DNA from: a virus
Length of the DNA: 64,000 bases
Strand: one strand, 5' to 3'
Virus record (IMG/VR): IMGVR_UViG_3300000062_000468
Shown here: piece by piece, positions 21,088 to 31,056 of the stretch
How positions within the stretch are numbered: the stretch's first letter is position 1
Layout of the letters: every line of letters begins with the position of its first letter
Notes under the pieces: generated by a model
The model's input: only the letters and a program-made list of their open reading frames with translations
Databases searched by the model: none
What the model was told of the DNA's origin: nothing
Made by a program: the position numbers and the translations under genes

Positions 21088-21297
21088 ATGACGATATATC
21101 AAAAAGTAAAAACGGCTTGCATGATAGAGGGTAAGACATTAACCGAAGTAGCGAAAGAATTTGGCTCAAGTCAACAGACTTTTTCACAACGGTTACAAAC
21201 GGGCAAGTTTACACAAGAAGAACTTGAACGAATATTTTCAATTATTGGTTGCAAATATATATCTTATGTAGAACTATCAGACGGGAAAAGGCTATAA
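21088..21297 (+). CDS. XRE-family HTH regulator
   Basis: TLTEVAKEFGSSQQTFSQRL helix-turn-helix. Confidence 0.8.
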   Translation: MTIYQKVKTACMIEGKTLTEVAKEFGSSQQTFSQRLQTGKFTQEELERIFSIIGCKYISYVELSDGKRL

Positions 21298-21372
21298 AAG
21301 GGGCATTGTACTAATTTTGTATAGTGCTTTTTTGTTAGGAAAAATCACGACACAACAAAGGGGTAACAGAGA

Positions 21373-21645
21373 ATGAAAAAGACAACATGGGAAGAAGTTC
21401 AGTCGGAAATAAAGGCACTAGAAGGGCAAGTTTTTGAGGATATCAGCGAGGTAAACGAGACAATCATATGTGCATTTGGCGATTATTCTTACTACAACGA
21501 AGCGGAAGTATTAGTATCTGAATCATTTTCGTGTTCTCACCTGAAAAAATATTCAGCTTACGTCAATCATGCCAAAGCGCCAATGATTGATTTTACTTTA
21601 TACATAAATGGTGGAAATTTAACACTAGATGACGTAATCGTATAA
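21373..21645 (+). CDS. Hypothetical protein
   Basis: 90-aa ORF, first gene of the plus-strand early arm. Confidence 0.7.
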   Translation: MKKTTWEEVQSEIKALEGQVFEDISEVNETIICAFGDYSYYNEAEVLVSESFSCSHLKKYSAYVNHAKAPMIDFTLYINGGNLTLDDVIV

Positions 21646-21664
21646 AATTAATAGGAGGCGAATC

Positions 21665-22021
21665 ATGCAATCATTACATAAGATAGAAACAGTTTGCACT
21701 CGTGAAGAGTGGGAAAGATGGCACAATAAAAACAAGCGGAAAATTGCAATATATAAGATGAAAAAACGATTGAAGCAAGCGTACAAATTATCATTTTTGT
21801 TGGCTTGTTTTTTTGTTATAACAAGTCCAATATCAATACTAATTTACTTTTTTACAAACGGGAATTACAAAAGTAGTAACAATTCGTGGCTGATAATTGG
21901 TTTAGTTATCAGCTTAGTTGTTGTGATAATAGAGTGTTACATGGAGGATTGGTTAAATGATACAGGTGGAAAACATTACAAAAACAAGCGAACAGGACAT
22001 CATAGGCGAACTTCTCAATAA
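21665..22021 (+). CDS. Two-TM membrane protein
   Basis: GGAGG RBS and two hydrophobic segments. Confidence 0.7.
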   Translation: MQSLHKIETVCTREEWERWHNKNKRKIAIYKMKKRLKQAYKLSFLLACFFVITSPISILIYFFTNGNYKSSNNSWLIIGLVISLVVVIIECYMEDWLNDTGGKHYKNKRTGHHRRTSQ

Positions 22022-22090
22022 AGACATTTTAGCGTTTGAAGAGGTGCGGGACATTACAACAAGAACAGAACGGCAGACAACTTTATATAT

Positions 22091-22702
22091 GTGGAAGAAG
22101 AAGCAATTAAACAGAAAACCAAGGAACAAATGATGATTTACAAAAAGCTATCAAAGTGGAATTTCTATAAGCTGAAAAGGGGAAAGGTGGAAAATATGAG
22201 GTATGAAGGAATGACAAAACGTGAAGCGTGTGGAATGTGGGTAAGCGAATCTAATGCTTTTCCAGTATGGATGATTGAAAAGGTTGCGGGTGAATATTTT
22301 GATGGAATCAGGAAGATAGCAACACCATTATTTGTAGGCGATACGGTATTTTACAAGGGCGAAAGTTGCGAAATTAAAGAGATAAATGAAGAAAATGAAA
22401 CAATAACAATCATGAACGATGATGAAGAAATAAGGGTTAGCAAAAACAAGATTGAAAAAGAAGAATATACTTTTTTTCCGTCATGGTCTACAATGTGGGA
22501 ATTTTCAAATATTAAAGAGAAACAAGCGAAATTGGTTGCCAAATGTGGTTTTGATATGTACAAACTGGAAGAAGACGGAACAATTTTGATAGGTATTGAT
22601 GGGGGCGGTTGTGACTTTTTTGATGAATATTGGCTACCGCTGTACGACGCTATGAACATGAGGTGGCATGATGAAGCAACCGAAAAAGAGAATGTAGCTT
22701 AA
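22091..22702 (+). CDS. Hypothetical protein (true start probably ATG 22196)
   Basis: Conserved-looking C-terminal GIDGGGCDFFDEYWLPLY. Confidence 0.7.
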   Translation: MEEEAIKQKTKEQMMIYKKLSKWNFYKLKRGKVENMRYEGMTKREACGMWVSESNAFPVWMIEKVAGEYFDGIRKIATPLFVGDTVFYKGESCEIKEINEENETITIMNDDEEIRVSKNKIEKEEYTFFPSWSTMWEFSNIKEKQAKLVAKCGFDMYKLEEDGTILIGIDGGGCDFFDEYWLPLYDAMNMRWHDEATEKENVA

Positions 22703-22910
22703 TACATAAGTGGAAAATAAGCGAAACAGGAATCGCAAAGAGGCACAACAATGATAACGCTGTAAGCGAATGAAGATATTACAGGCGGAAAAAGGATAAT
22801 AATAAACCTTTTGAGGAAAGAAACAGCCTCATGGACAAAATGAATGAACTTAACACAGCACTAGGAAATTTATAAACCATGATAGAAGAAAGATTTGAAG
22901 GAGGTGTAAA

Positions 22911-23279
22911 ATGTTAAAAGCAGAATGTGAAAAGCTAATCAAAAGAATATTAACAGCAGAACAATATCAAGCCATAGAAATTTTATATATGGATTCGCTA
23001 CTTGATAAAGTGAAATTTTGCAAAGCATTGAAGCCAATTATCAAAGCTATACCACTTAGAAAGACAGAAAGAAAAGTCATACAAATAGGCGTAACTGATA
23101 GAGCAGGAAATTTCCAAACACCCAACAATTGTTGGTGGCATACTAAACTTGTGGAAGTGGTTGATGTTGATATTAAAAGTGGAAAAACTAAAGTTAAAGA
23201 AATACCTAACAGCTATGATTGTAGATACAAGGATTCGACATATTTACGACATGATGAAGTGGAGTTTGTGGAAAATTAG
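22911..23279 (+). CDS. Hypothetical protein
   Basis: GGAGGT RBS, 122 aa. Confidence 0.75.
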   Translation: MLKAECEKLIKRILTAEQYQAIEILYMDSLLDKVKFCKALKPIIKAIPLRKTERKVIQIGVTDRAGNFQTPNNCWWHTKLVEVVDVDIKSGKTKVKEIPNSYDCRYKDSTYLRHDEVEFVEN

Positions 23280-23299
23280 CAACCCGATAAAATACGGAT

Positions 23300-23497
23300 T
23301 TGAAAGTGAGGTTTAAATATATGAAGCGTATAACAGAAAAAGAGTATGCGGAAATATTAGATGATTACAAAGGCATATATCACGGACATCAAGGAATATT
23401 ATTACCACGCGCAAAAGGGAAAAGATGTTGTTTCATAAAAGGACATGGTACAGATTTGTTTATTGAAGGTGTGTCACTGGAAATAGTAAAGGAGTAG
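23300..23497 (+). CDS. Hypothetical protein
   Basis: Short co-oriented ORF. Confidence 0.55.
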   Translation: MKVRFKYMKRITEKEYAEILDDYKGIYHGHQGILLPRAKGKRCCFIKGHGTDLFIEGVSLEIVKE

Positions 23498-23503
23498 AAT
23501 AAA

Positions 23504-23893
23504 ATGAAATTAAAATTGAAAAATGTGTTAGATTATATCGAAACTTTAGACTGGAATGTAACAGATGATAGTGAATACACAAGAGAAAAGAAACCACAAA
23601 GTAACTTTATGATAAGTCAATACTCGCCAGCTGGTGAAGATTTTAGCTTTACCGTTGATTTAAAGGGTGATACTGATGTGGAAAAAATCGAAGGACTAGT
23701 AGAAGAAATTAATAGCTACTATGAAGATTTTGATATTGACGAACATATTGAAATGTTGATTGAAGCTAGAAAGAATGGGGTCGGTGGAGTACCAACTACA
23801 AGCGAATTGGTAGAGGACGCAAAAAATATTGACGAAATGCTCAAAAAATTATCTGATAATGTGGAAAATTTTGTAGCTGATAAAGTAGCTTAA
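23504..23893 (+). CDS. Hypothetical protein
   Basis: AAGGAG RBS, acidic, 129 aa. Confidence 0.75.
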   Translation: MKLKLKNVLDYIETLDWNVTDDSEYTREKKPQSNFMISQYSPAGEDFSFTVDLKGDTDVEKIEGLVEEINSYYEDFDIDEHIEMLIEARKNGVGGVPTTSELVEDAKNIDEMLKKLSDNVENFVADKVA

Positions 23894-24222
23894 TAAATCA
23901 TGTAGAAAATAAAGGAGAAGAAAGACATGGAACGAAAAATATATGCAGTGTGGAAAAATCATGAAGTAGTAGGGTATGTGAAATTATCAGAAGAGGACGC
24001 ATATTTTTTAAATGGAATTAAAGATATAGGAGTTTATTTTGGATTTGATAAAACCATCAGTCCAGAAATGTGTGAAAACACAAAAGAGTAGCCTAATAAA
24101 ACGGATATTTGATGGACGAAAGAGAGGTATATAACAAGTGGGAAAATCAAATGGATATAAAACTTTCTTAAAGGAATTAAAAGCGGAAAATTCAAATGAA
24201 AAAAGGGATAACATAAAGTGGT

Positions 24223-24456
24223 ATGACTATCAAGCTAACTAATGAGGAAATGGCGAACATCAGACAAGAATTAAATAGGAAATTAGCAGTGGAGTATCTA
24301 CAAACCTTTAATGATAAGATAAAAAACATTGAAGAACTGGGAAACAACTTATACTTCTTAGATGAATTAGGGGAGTATATACAGGCTGCTACTGATGATG
24401 AATACGAAAATATACGTTGTCGCTTTGAAGATGATGAAAGAGTTAAGTGGAACTAA
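24223..24456 (+). CDS. Hypothetical protein
   Basis: 77-aa co-oriented ORF. Confidence 0.6.
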   Translation: MTIKLTNEEMANIRQELNRKLAVEYLQTFNDKIKNIEELGNNLYFLDELGEYIQAATDDEYENIRCRFEDDERVKWN

Positions 24457-25040
24457 TAACCGTAAAACTGTATTTCTGTATGGTTGATAGGTGGAAAATT
24501 TGGAGGACAAAAAGAATGAATATTAAAGAATTATCGGAGGTAATGATTGAACATGGTCTTGTGATACGAGCTATTCCAAAAACAGTAACAGCTATTTACG
24601 ACCCACGACATAAAAATAAATATCCTAGCGGAGTAATTAAGTATGACGAACGATTAAATAGAGATATGTTGTTTGTGGAGTCTATCCCAGGTAATGCAGG
24701 AAAATTCATTATACGAAGTGAAGAATCTTCTAACGCAACGGTACAGTTCTATAAGTCAAAAGTGTATGATACACCAATTCAAGCAGTTGAAGATTTTTTG
24801 GAAAACCTAAATCCAAAACAGCGAAAAAATGATATGAAGGATACAAAAACGATTATCAACAACGCACGAAAGGAACTATGGGATCGTGAAAATTGGTTAG
24901 TTGAACGATACAACGAATTATACAACGAATCAACAATAGCCGAAATGGAAGATACAGAAAGAAGAAATTTACAATCAACCATCAGAGCGGAATTGTCTAT
25001 TTGTTGCGAGGCAATTAGCAGACTGTGGCGACTGGTTTAA
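24447..25040 (+). CDS. Hypothetical protein (true start probably ATG 24516)
   Basis: GGAGG RBS before MNIKEL. Confidence 0.65.
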   Translation: MELITVKLYFCMVDRWKIWRTKRMNIKELSEVMIEHGLVIRAIPKTVTAIYDPRHKNKYPSGVIKYDERLNRDMLFVESIPGNAGKFIIRSEESSNATVQFYKSKVYDTPIQAVEDFLENLNPKQRKNDMKDTKTIINNARKELWDRENWLVERYNELYNESTIAEMEDTERRNLQSTIRAELSICCEAISRLWRLV

Positions 25041-25135
25041 TGAGTGGGGGATAATACCGTAAAACGATAATTCTAATAGTGTGGAAAATAACGCTGTACG
25101 AATTTCGTACAACGCTTAAATTAAGGAGAAAAATA

Positions 25136-25978
25136 ATGAATATGATAGCAATAAACAATCAACAGCTACCAATTAGAGAGTATCAAGGACAAAGGGTAGT
25201 TACGTTTAAAGATATTGATGCAGTGCATGAAAGACCAGAAGGAACAGCAAAAAGGAACTTTTTGAAAAACGCAAGTCACTTCATAGAAGGTGCTGATTAT
25301 TATAATATTTTTCTAAAGGACGAATTTCGTACTTTAGGATTAGATGTACCTAATAGAGGTATATTGGCATTTACGCTGATGGGATATTTGATGTTAACTA
25401 AATCTTTTAAGGACGATTTAGCGTGGCAAGTACAAAGAAGGTTAGTTACTTCATATTTTCAGTTACAACAGTCACAAACGGAACAACCCCAACAACTTTA
25501 TACATTACATACTGGTGTACAAGCTGAGATTGGTTCAATAGCAGAAAGAGTGGCGAGACAGACAGTTGAAGAATCGTTAGTAAATTATAAACCAATTCCT
25601 AATAATATAGAAGAAACTGTTAAAGAAGCCTTGATAAGTATTAGAGATAAAGCTATCGCCAAGATGGATACTGTAGCATATGTGGAAAAACAACCAACGA
25701 TGGACTATATGATTCGCAAAGCTGTTCAACGGTTGGTGGAATTATCTGGTGATAACTCTTATGGATTTAATCTTACATATAGAAAAGTATATCAGAATAT
25801 GCCTTGTGATTGGAGATATCGCAGGTCAAGATATAAAAATAAGAAAGGTTATAAGAACTTACCAATCAAGCTAAAGATGATACAGGAAGATGGTAAATTA
25901 TTCAATATGTTTATTGATACAGTTAATAATATGATTACCGAATATGAACAAGCGGAATCAACGACCGTAAAAGGATAG
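25136..25978 (+). CDS. ORF6N (KilA-N-like) domain phage regulatory protein
   Basis: LPIREYQGQRVVTFKDIDAVHERPEGTAKRNF...GYLMLTKSFKDDLAWQVQR. Confidence 0.85.
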   Translation: MNMIAINNQQLPIREYQGQRVVTFKDIDAVHERPEGTAKRNFLKNASHFIEGADYYNIFLKDEFRTLGLDVPNRGILAFTLMGYLMLTKSFKDDLAWQVQRRLVTSYFQLQQSQTEQPQQLYTLHTGVQAEIGSIAERVARQTVEESLVNYKPIPNNIEETVKEALISIRDKAIAKMDTVAYVEKQPTMDYMIRKAVQRLVELSGDNSYGFNLTYRKVYQNMPCDWRYRRSRYKNKKGYKNLPIKLKMIQEDGKLFNMFIDTVNNMITEYEQAESTTVKG

Positions 25979-25983
25979 TTCTA

Positions 25984-26256
25984 TTGGGTATATGTGGAAA
26001 AATAAAACGAAAGGATAACAATTATATGAAAGTTTCTGAAAGAGAATTAATCGAAGCATTTAAAAATGAAAAACCAATTGAAGATGATGATATTAACCAA
26101 AAGGATTGTTTCACAACTAATATTTATGAACAAATATCGGGTGTCATATGTAAGTGTGACAATGTTGGTTGTTATGGTTGTGTTCATAATGAAAAATACC
26201 AATTATCTAAGCAAGAATCGGAAGATGAATATTTTTGTTGTTATGCCAATTATTAA
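25984..26256 (+). CDS. Cys-rich hypothetical protein
   Basis: CKCDNVGCYGC; co-oriented. Confidence 0.55.
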   Translation: MGICGKIKRKDNNYMKVSERELIEAFKNEKPIEDDDINQKDCFTTNIYEQISGVICKCDNVGCYGCVHNEKYQLSKQESEDEYFCCYANY

Positions 26257-26374
26257 AGGTAAAACCACAATAGAATGATGATTTGATAGTATGTGGAAAA
26301 TTCAATTATATCATAAACATACTGAATGATTAAATTGAAATGATTGATGATTAAATTAAAGAGAGGGCTATGTA

Positions 26375-26644
26375 ATGGAAAAACGCTATAGAGATAGAGA
26401 CGGAAGGTTGACAATTAAACTGGAAGAACTTGTAGCGCTTACAAAAGAAGACGGTCTTTCGTATTATAAAGAGGGTGAAACATACCGATATGGTACAGAA
26501 GATAGGGTTTATGTTTGTTTAGAAATTGGCGAAGATATTATCAAATTCATAAGTGGAAGTAATGAATTGTCAATAGACAAACATTCATGCGGAACTTTCT
26601 TGCCAGATATTGCAAGCGAAGGAATGGCACTGACAAAAGTATAA
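26375..26644 (+). CDS. Hypothetical protein
   Basis: GAGGG RBS, 89 aa. Confidence 0.65.
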   Translation: MEKRYRDRDGRLTIKLEELVALTKEDGLSYYKEGETYRYGTEDRVYVCLEIGEDIIKFISGSNELSIDKHSCGTFLPDIASEGMALTKV

Positions 26645-26982
26645 GCGGAAAATTCAGAAGGAGAGGATCAACAATGAAAACATACAAAGGAATGGAATAT
26701 ATTACACTGGAAGAAATGGAAGAATATGGTTACACTTCGCAGCCTTTTGGCGAAGCGGATAGTTATAGAATGATACCACTAACTACAGAACAGGCAAAAG
26801 CCGTTGTGAAAAGCGGAAAGTCTTTGATGAGACTGTATCCAGATGATACGGAAGAATATGTTGATACCGATGAGGCGTTTCAAAATGTACTTGATGATGA
26901 TATGATGTTTGGTTTGGAAATTAGAATATATGAAAATTGGTTGGATAAAATATATATTGATTTTCATTTGGGTTATGCTTGA
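26587..26982 (+). CDS. Hypothetical protein (true start probably ATG 26674)
   Basis: GGAGAGG RBS before MKTYKG. Confidence 0.6.
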   Translation: MRNFLARYCKRRNGTDKSISGKFRRRGSTMKTYKGMEYITLEEMEEYGYTSQPFGEADSYRMIPLTTEQAKAVVKSGKSLMRLYPDDTEEYVDTDEAFQNVLDDDMMFGLEIRIYENWLDKIYIDFHLGYA

Positions 26983-27069
26983 TACATATGTGGAATTAAA
27001 CCAAAGTGAATAACGATTTGGTTGTGTTTTAAAGTAGAAAATATTAAATTAAAAGAAAAGAGGTGAAAA

Positions 27070-27267
27070 ATGAAGGGAATAAAATTAGTTTGTGAGTGGA
27101 AAAATGACAAGGGTACATTTCAACTACATAGGTATGGCAACAATGATGATTATTCACTAACATTAGATAAAGGATATAGTGTAAGGGGTACTTTAGAAGA
27201 ATGTGTTAAAGACCTTGAGGTTAATTATGTTGAAGTATTAGACCAACTTACCAGTCAAATACTTTAA
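27070..27267 (+). CDS. Hypothetical protein
   Basis: GAGGTG RBS. Confidence 0.65.
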   Translation: MKGIKLVCEWKNDKGTFQLHRYGNNDDYSLTLDKGYSVRGTLEECVKDLEVNYVEVLDQLTSQIL

Positions 27268-27344
27268 ATGAATAATTCTGTCAGCATGTGGAAATTTTGC
27301 AATGAAATGATATACTAGATTAAATTAGCGAAAGGAAAATTAAG

Positions 27345-27671
27345 ATGACCAATGTGAATAATACAGATATACGGATTTTATCTTATCTTCTACATTATCC
27401 TTATCCACGCGACTACAGTGTTGATACATATTTTGTGAATACAAGCAAGTATCAGAAAAATTCGTGGGTTTGTTCAAGAGTAGAAGCTGTGGAAAGGTGG
27501 GTAATAAAACATGGTGGAAAATTTGAGGTGTTGTCCGAGTGTATGATAAAAGGATTACGTAAAGGATGTATGGTTAAGATAATTTTCCCAACTTACACAA
27601 AGCGGAATATGAAAAAGATAATGAGTATACTGTATTATAATCAAACACGTATTTGTTCAGATGGTGTATGA
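27345..27671 (+). CDS. Hypothetical protein
   Basis: AAGGA RBS, 108 aa. Confidence 0.6.
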   Translation: MTNVNNTDIRILSYLLHYPYPRDYSVDTYFVNTSKYQKNSWVCSRVEAVERWVIKHGGKFEVLSECMIKGLRKGCMVKIIFPTYTKRNMKKIMSILYYNQTRICSDGV

Positions 27672-27685
27672 TATGTGGAAAAGTC

Positions 27686-27714
27686 TTGACGTACGCTTAG
27701 ACGTATGCTACAAT
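27686..27714 (+). promoter_or_regulatory. Promoter/operator of the yefM-yoeB operon
   Basis: TTGACG-17 nt-TACAAT, with a repeated ACGTA in the spacer. Confidence 0.7.
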
Positions 27715-27737
27715 AAAGAAAAAAGGGAGGTCTTATT

Positions 27738-27989
27738 ATGCCAACAATTATGATTACAGAGGCTAGACAGGACATTTATAACGTAGCAAAAGAGGTATGC
27801 GATAATGCCGAACCTACTCTCATTGTAAATAGTCGTGGAAACAATGTGGTTATGATGTCAGAAGATGAGTACGAAGATATTAAAGAAACATTATTCTTCT
27901 TAGAAAATCCAGTAATGATGAAGAAGATAACCGAAGCGTTAAATACGCCACGAGAAGACTATGTGAAATTTGACGATTGGAGAAAATAG
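27738..27989 (+). CDS. yefM: Phd/YefM-family antitoxin
   Basis: ITEARQDIYNV...PTLIVNSRGNNVVMMSEDEYEDIKETL. Confidence 0.9.
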   Translation: MPTIMITEARQDIYNVAKEVCDNAEPTLIVNSRGNNVVMMSEDEYEDIKETLFFLENPVMMKKITEALNTPREDYVKFDDWRK

Positions 27990-27990
27990 T

Positions 27991-28254
27991 ATGTACGAAC
28001 TTATGTGGTCTAAACAGGCGATAAAAGACTGGAAGAGATTGGATAGGTCTAAATATGTGGAAAAAGCAAAAATATTATTAGGTATTATTGAAAAAAATCC
28101 ATATCAAGACCCGCCATTACTTAGGACAATGCAAGGGAACTTAAAAGGTACTTATTCAAGAAAAATTAGTGGAAAGCATAGGATGATGTACGAAGTGTCA
28201 GAACAAAAAAAAGAAGTATATCTTATTGGTATGTGGACTCATTATCACGAATAG
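27991..28254 (+). CDS. yoeB: Txe/YoeB-family toxin
   Basis: WSKQAIKDW...KNPY..P...LKGTYSRKISGKHRMMY, with C-terminal HYHE. The ATG lies 1 nt after the antitoxin stop. Confidence 0.9.
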   Translation: MYELMWSKQAIKDWKRLDRSKYVEKAKILLGIIEKNPYQDPPLLRTMQGNLKGTYSRKISGKHRMMYEVSEQKKEVYLIGMWTHYHE

Positions 28255-28432
28255 TAAGTGGAAAATTTAATAAGGTAACAAGTGGAAAATTCTCAAGTGT
28301 AAAAAGCTATGGGAATTTTTTGTTGCAATAAAATATGTAGAACAAAGTTAAGTGGAACTTCTATAAATAACAAGGTGTCAGTTTTTGTGTAACTGGCGAC
28401 TGACACCTCATGAATGGCTAACAATAAAATTC

Positions 28433-28576
28433 CTACTTGCCGTAGTATTCGCTAGTGATAGACAAATTGCCGAATGAAAAGTTAAAGCTTTTGAGATTGG
28501 CTCTTGCTAAACACAAGGCACAAATAACAATTATCATAGCCACAACGACAAGAAATTATTTGAATTTCATTGTCAT
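28433..28576 (-). pseudogene. Second copy of the type I toxin-like peptide, with TAA at codon 7
   Basis: Same 144-nt length as 20408-20551 and a near-identical 3' half. Reads MTMKFK*FLVVVAMIIVICALCLARANLKSFNFSFGNLSITSEYYGK. Confidence 0.65.
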
Positions 28577-28895
28577 ATAAAGGTTCGCCCTCCCTTCATG
28601 TATTTGTAGGAATGTTGCTCCTACAGAATTATATTATAACATGAAATGCGAGGAAGAAACGGAATTAAAATGAGAGTGTTTGGCGACACTTTTACTATAG
28701 AAGTTCTGCTTACTTTTGTTCTACAACACGCGTGGAAAATGGAATAAAGTGCAACAAACTATAGTAGTCATTTGGCGGTGACTGCTATTTTTATTAAAAC
28801 GAATGACTAATAGACCTAAACAAGAATAAAGGCTGAGAAATAGTAACCAATAACAGCAAATAAGTGGAAAATTTCCACGTGAATAGGAGAGAAGA

Positions 28896-29846
28896 ATGGA
28901 AACAACAAAAAGAAACGAAAAAGGTCTAGGGTCTGCAATTGGAGCAATATTTTACAGACAAGGAGATGGTACAAAGCATAATATAGAAAATCAAACGGTA
29001 GGAGAAAGTAGTAGAAGCGGAGTATTTGATGAGCCAGAAAAGGTAGGGTTTGTATATCGAACTATGAATTATGACCAGTTCCAGTATGAAGAAACAAATA
29101 GAGATGTGGAAAAAATTGATAAGTTAGTGAAAGAAGCTAAGAAGCCACACGGAGTTATCGTGCCAATTATAGTTGATGAAAACATGATTGTGTATGACGG
29201 ACAACATAGACTTGAAGCGTGTAAAGTGACGAACACACCAATTAAGTACATAGTTGACAAAAATGTGGGTGTAGAGGAAATGATCAGTTTAAATACCAGC
29301 AGTCAGAACTGGAAGATAGACGATTATGCGGCACATCATGCTAAAAGAGGACTTAAAGCCTATCAAGAAATTCTGAGGTTGGCTGATAGATATGGCGTCA
29401 CAGTATCAACAATAGCAGGATTGGTCGGAGTTGAGAATCCTTCTGGTATATATGGCGCAAAGTATGAGGCTTTCCAGAATGGCAAAGCTAGAATAGATGT
29501 GTCATATGTGGAAAATACACTTGATGACTTTGTGGAGTTTGTACGAGATACAAAAACAAAATATAGTCGTCTTTACAATTTTATTAAAGCATATGAGGGA
29601 TTGCATCAAGTAGTGTGTTTTGATAACGATAGGCTTGTCAAAAAAGTGAATGAAAAATTAGATAGGGACTCTTTTGCTAGGATAAGCGGAACGTCTGATA
29701 TGAGAGAAGAATTGTTGAAAGTTTACAATCATGGATTGACGGTTAAGTCACCGTTAAAAATCAAATATAACTATGACGAAGGAAAATCTATTTGTATTTT
29801 GTCAAAGAAAAATGTGCCAAAAATTGATTGGCGAAAGAAAGAATAG
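28896..29846 (+). CDS. ParB/Srx-like N-terminal domain protein
   Basis: PIIVDENMIVYDGQHRLEAC motif. Confidence 0.75.
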   Translation: METTKRNEKGLGSAIGAIFYRQGDGTKHNIENQTVGESSRSGVFDEPEKVGFVYRTMNYDQFQYEETNRDVEKIDKLVKEAKKPHGVIVPIIVDENMIVYDGQHRLEACKVTNTPIKYIVDKNVGVEEMISLNTSSQNWKIDDYAAHHAKRGLKAYQEILRLADRYGVTVSTIAGLVGVENPSGIYGAKYEAFQNGKARIDVSYVENTLDDFVEFVRDTKTKYSRLYNFIKAYEGLHQVVCFDNDRLVKKVNEKLDRDSFARISGTSDMREELLKVYNHGLTVKSPLKIKYNYDEGKSICILSKKNVPKIDWRKKE

Positions 29847-29882
29847 TATACACCAAAACAAATTATAGAAGGAGATGAAGAT

Positions 29883-30962
29883 ATGAATGTAACAACAGTA
29901 CAACAAAGCGGAAATTTTGGAGAGGCGATTTTAGGATTTATAAAAATTCAACAAAAAAATTTAAAAGCTGATTTTGAATTGAAACGTAGATTATCACACC
30001 GTTCATATCTTCAATCTGTGGAAAAATTAAAGAAAGAAGGTAGACATGTGGAAGATTTAAAATTGCAAGAAGATACACAAGTAGAAGAACTATCTAATGA
30101 TATTAATGTGTTGACGGCTGAAGTAATGGCTTATAAACAGATTGTTGGTCAGAGTGTGTGGGAGATTGGCAGACGATTAAAAAAGGTAAAAGATGAAGAT
30201 TTGACTCATGGAGAATTTGAGAAATGGGTAGAGTCAGTGGGCATACATCCTAGAATAGCAAGGCAGTTTATGAAAATAGCAAGGGAGTTACCAAAACGGA
30301 GCACGTGCTCCGATTTAAGTGATAGGGTTCTTTATGAGATTGCAACACTGCCAGAAGAAGAACGAAACAAAGAGCACACAACCAACAAAGGAGAACAAAA
30401 AGAAGTTTATTCCATGACAGTGAAAGAGTTACAAGAACTCAAAAAACATCTCAAAGAACGAGATGTTAAAATCCAAGACCTCAAAGACGAGAACGAAGTC
30501 TTGCGAAACACGCCACCACTAATTAAAGAAATAGAAGTTACACCTAACGATTATGCCGATTTATTAGAAGCCAGAACATATCATGGTAAAAAAATCGACC
30601 AACAAGAAAACAAAATTAATGCGCTTAAAATTGAAATTCAAGGATTAAAGGAGAAAAAAGTTGATGATGCCACGGAAGAGCTGTTAATCAAAGAAAAAGT
30701 AACGGCGCTAAAAAAACAGATGGATAATATGACTGTGGAAATTTCCCATCGCAAGAAAGTCCAAGATTTTTCATCTAAGGTGTCAACCTTCTTCGAAAAA
30801 GAAATGGTTGGAATATTGTATTCAGAATCAATCAAGCAACTTAATACTGAAGATGATATTCAAAGTCTCGTCGGAACTATTAATAATATTCAAGAGTGGT
30901 GTGATGATATGCGGAAAATTCTTGAGGCTAAAGGTAATATTGTAGATTTAGAAGTTGAATAA
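29883..30962 (+). CDS. DUF3102-like domain coiled-coil protein
   Basis: WEIGRRLKKVK...HGEFEKWVE...ARQFMKIARE. Confidence 0.75.
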   Translation: MNVTTVQQSGNFGEAILGFIKIQQKNLKADFELKRRLSHRSYLQSVEKLKKEGRHVEDLKLQEDTQVEELSNDINVLTAEVMAYKQIVGQSVWEIGRRLKKVKDEDLTHGEFEKWVESVGIHPRIARQFMKIARELPKRSTCSDLSDRVLYEIATLPEEERNKEHTTNKGEQKEVYSMTVKELQELKKHLKERDVKIQDLKDENEVLRNTPPLIKEIEVTPNDYADLLEARTYHGKKIDQQENKINALKIEIQGLKEKKVDDATEELLIKEKVTALKKQMDNMTVEISHRKKVQDFSSKVSTFFEKEMVGILYSESIKQLNTEDDIQSLVGTINNIQEWCDDMRKILEAKGNIVDLEVE

Positions 30963-31006
30963 TATGTGGAATAATAGCAAGTCAAACTCAAAACCTCTAT
31001 AGACTG

Positions 31007-31056
31007 AAACAACAGAAAACCTCTAAACATATTTTGGGTATGCTAGAGGTTTTCTG
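31007..31056 (+). terminator. Long hairpin after the DUF3102-like gene
   Basis: CAGAAAACCTCTA...TAGAGGTTTTCTG. Confidence 0.6.
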
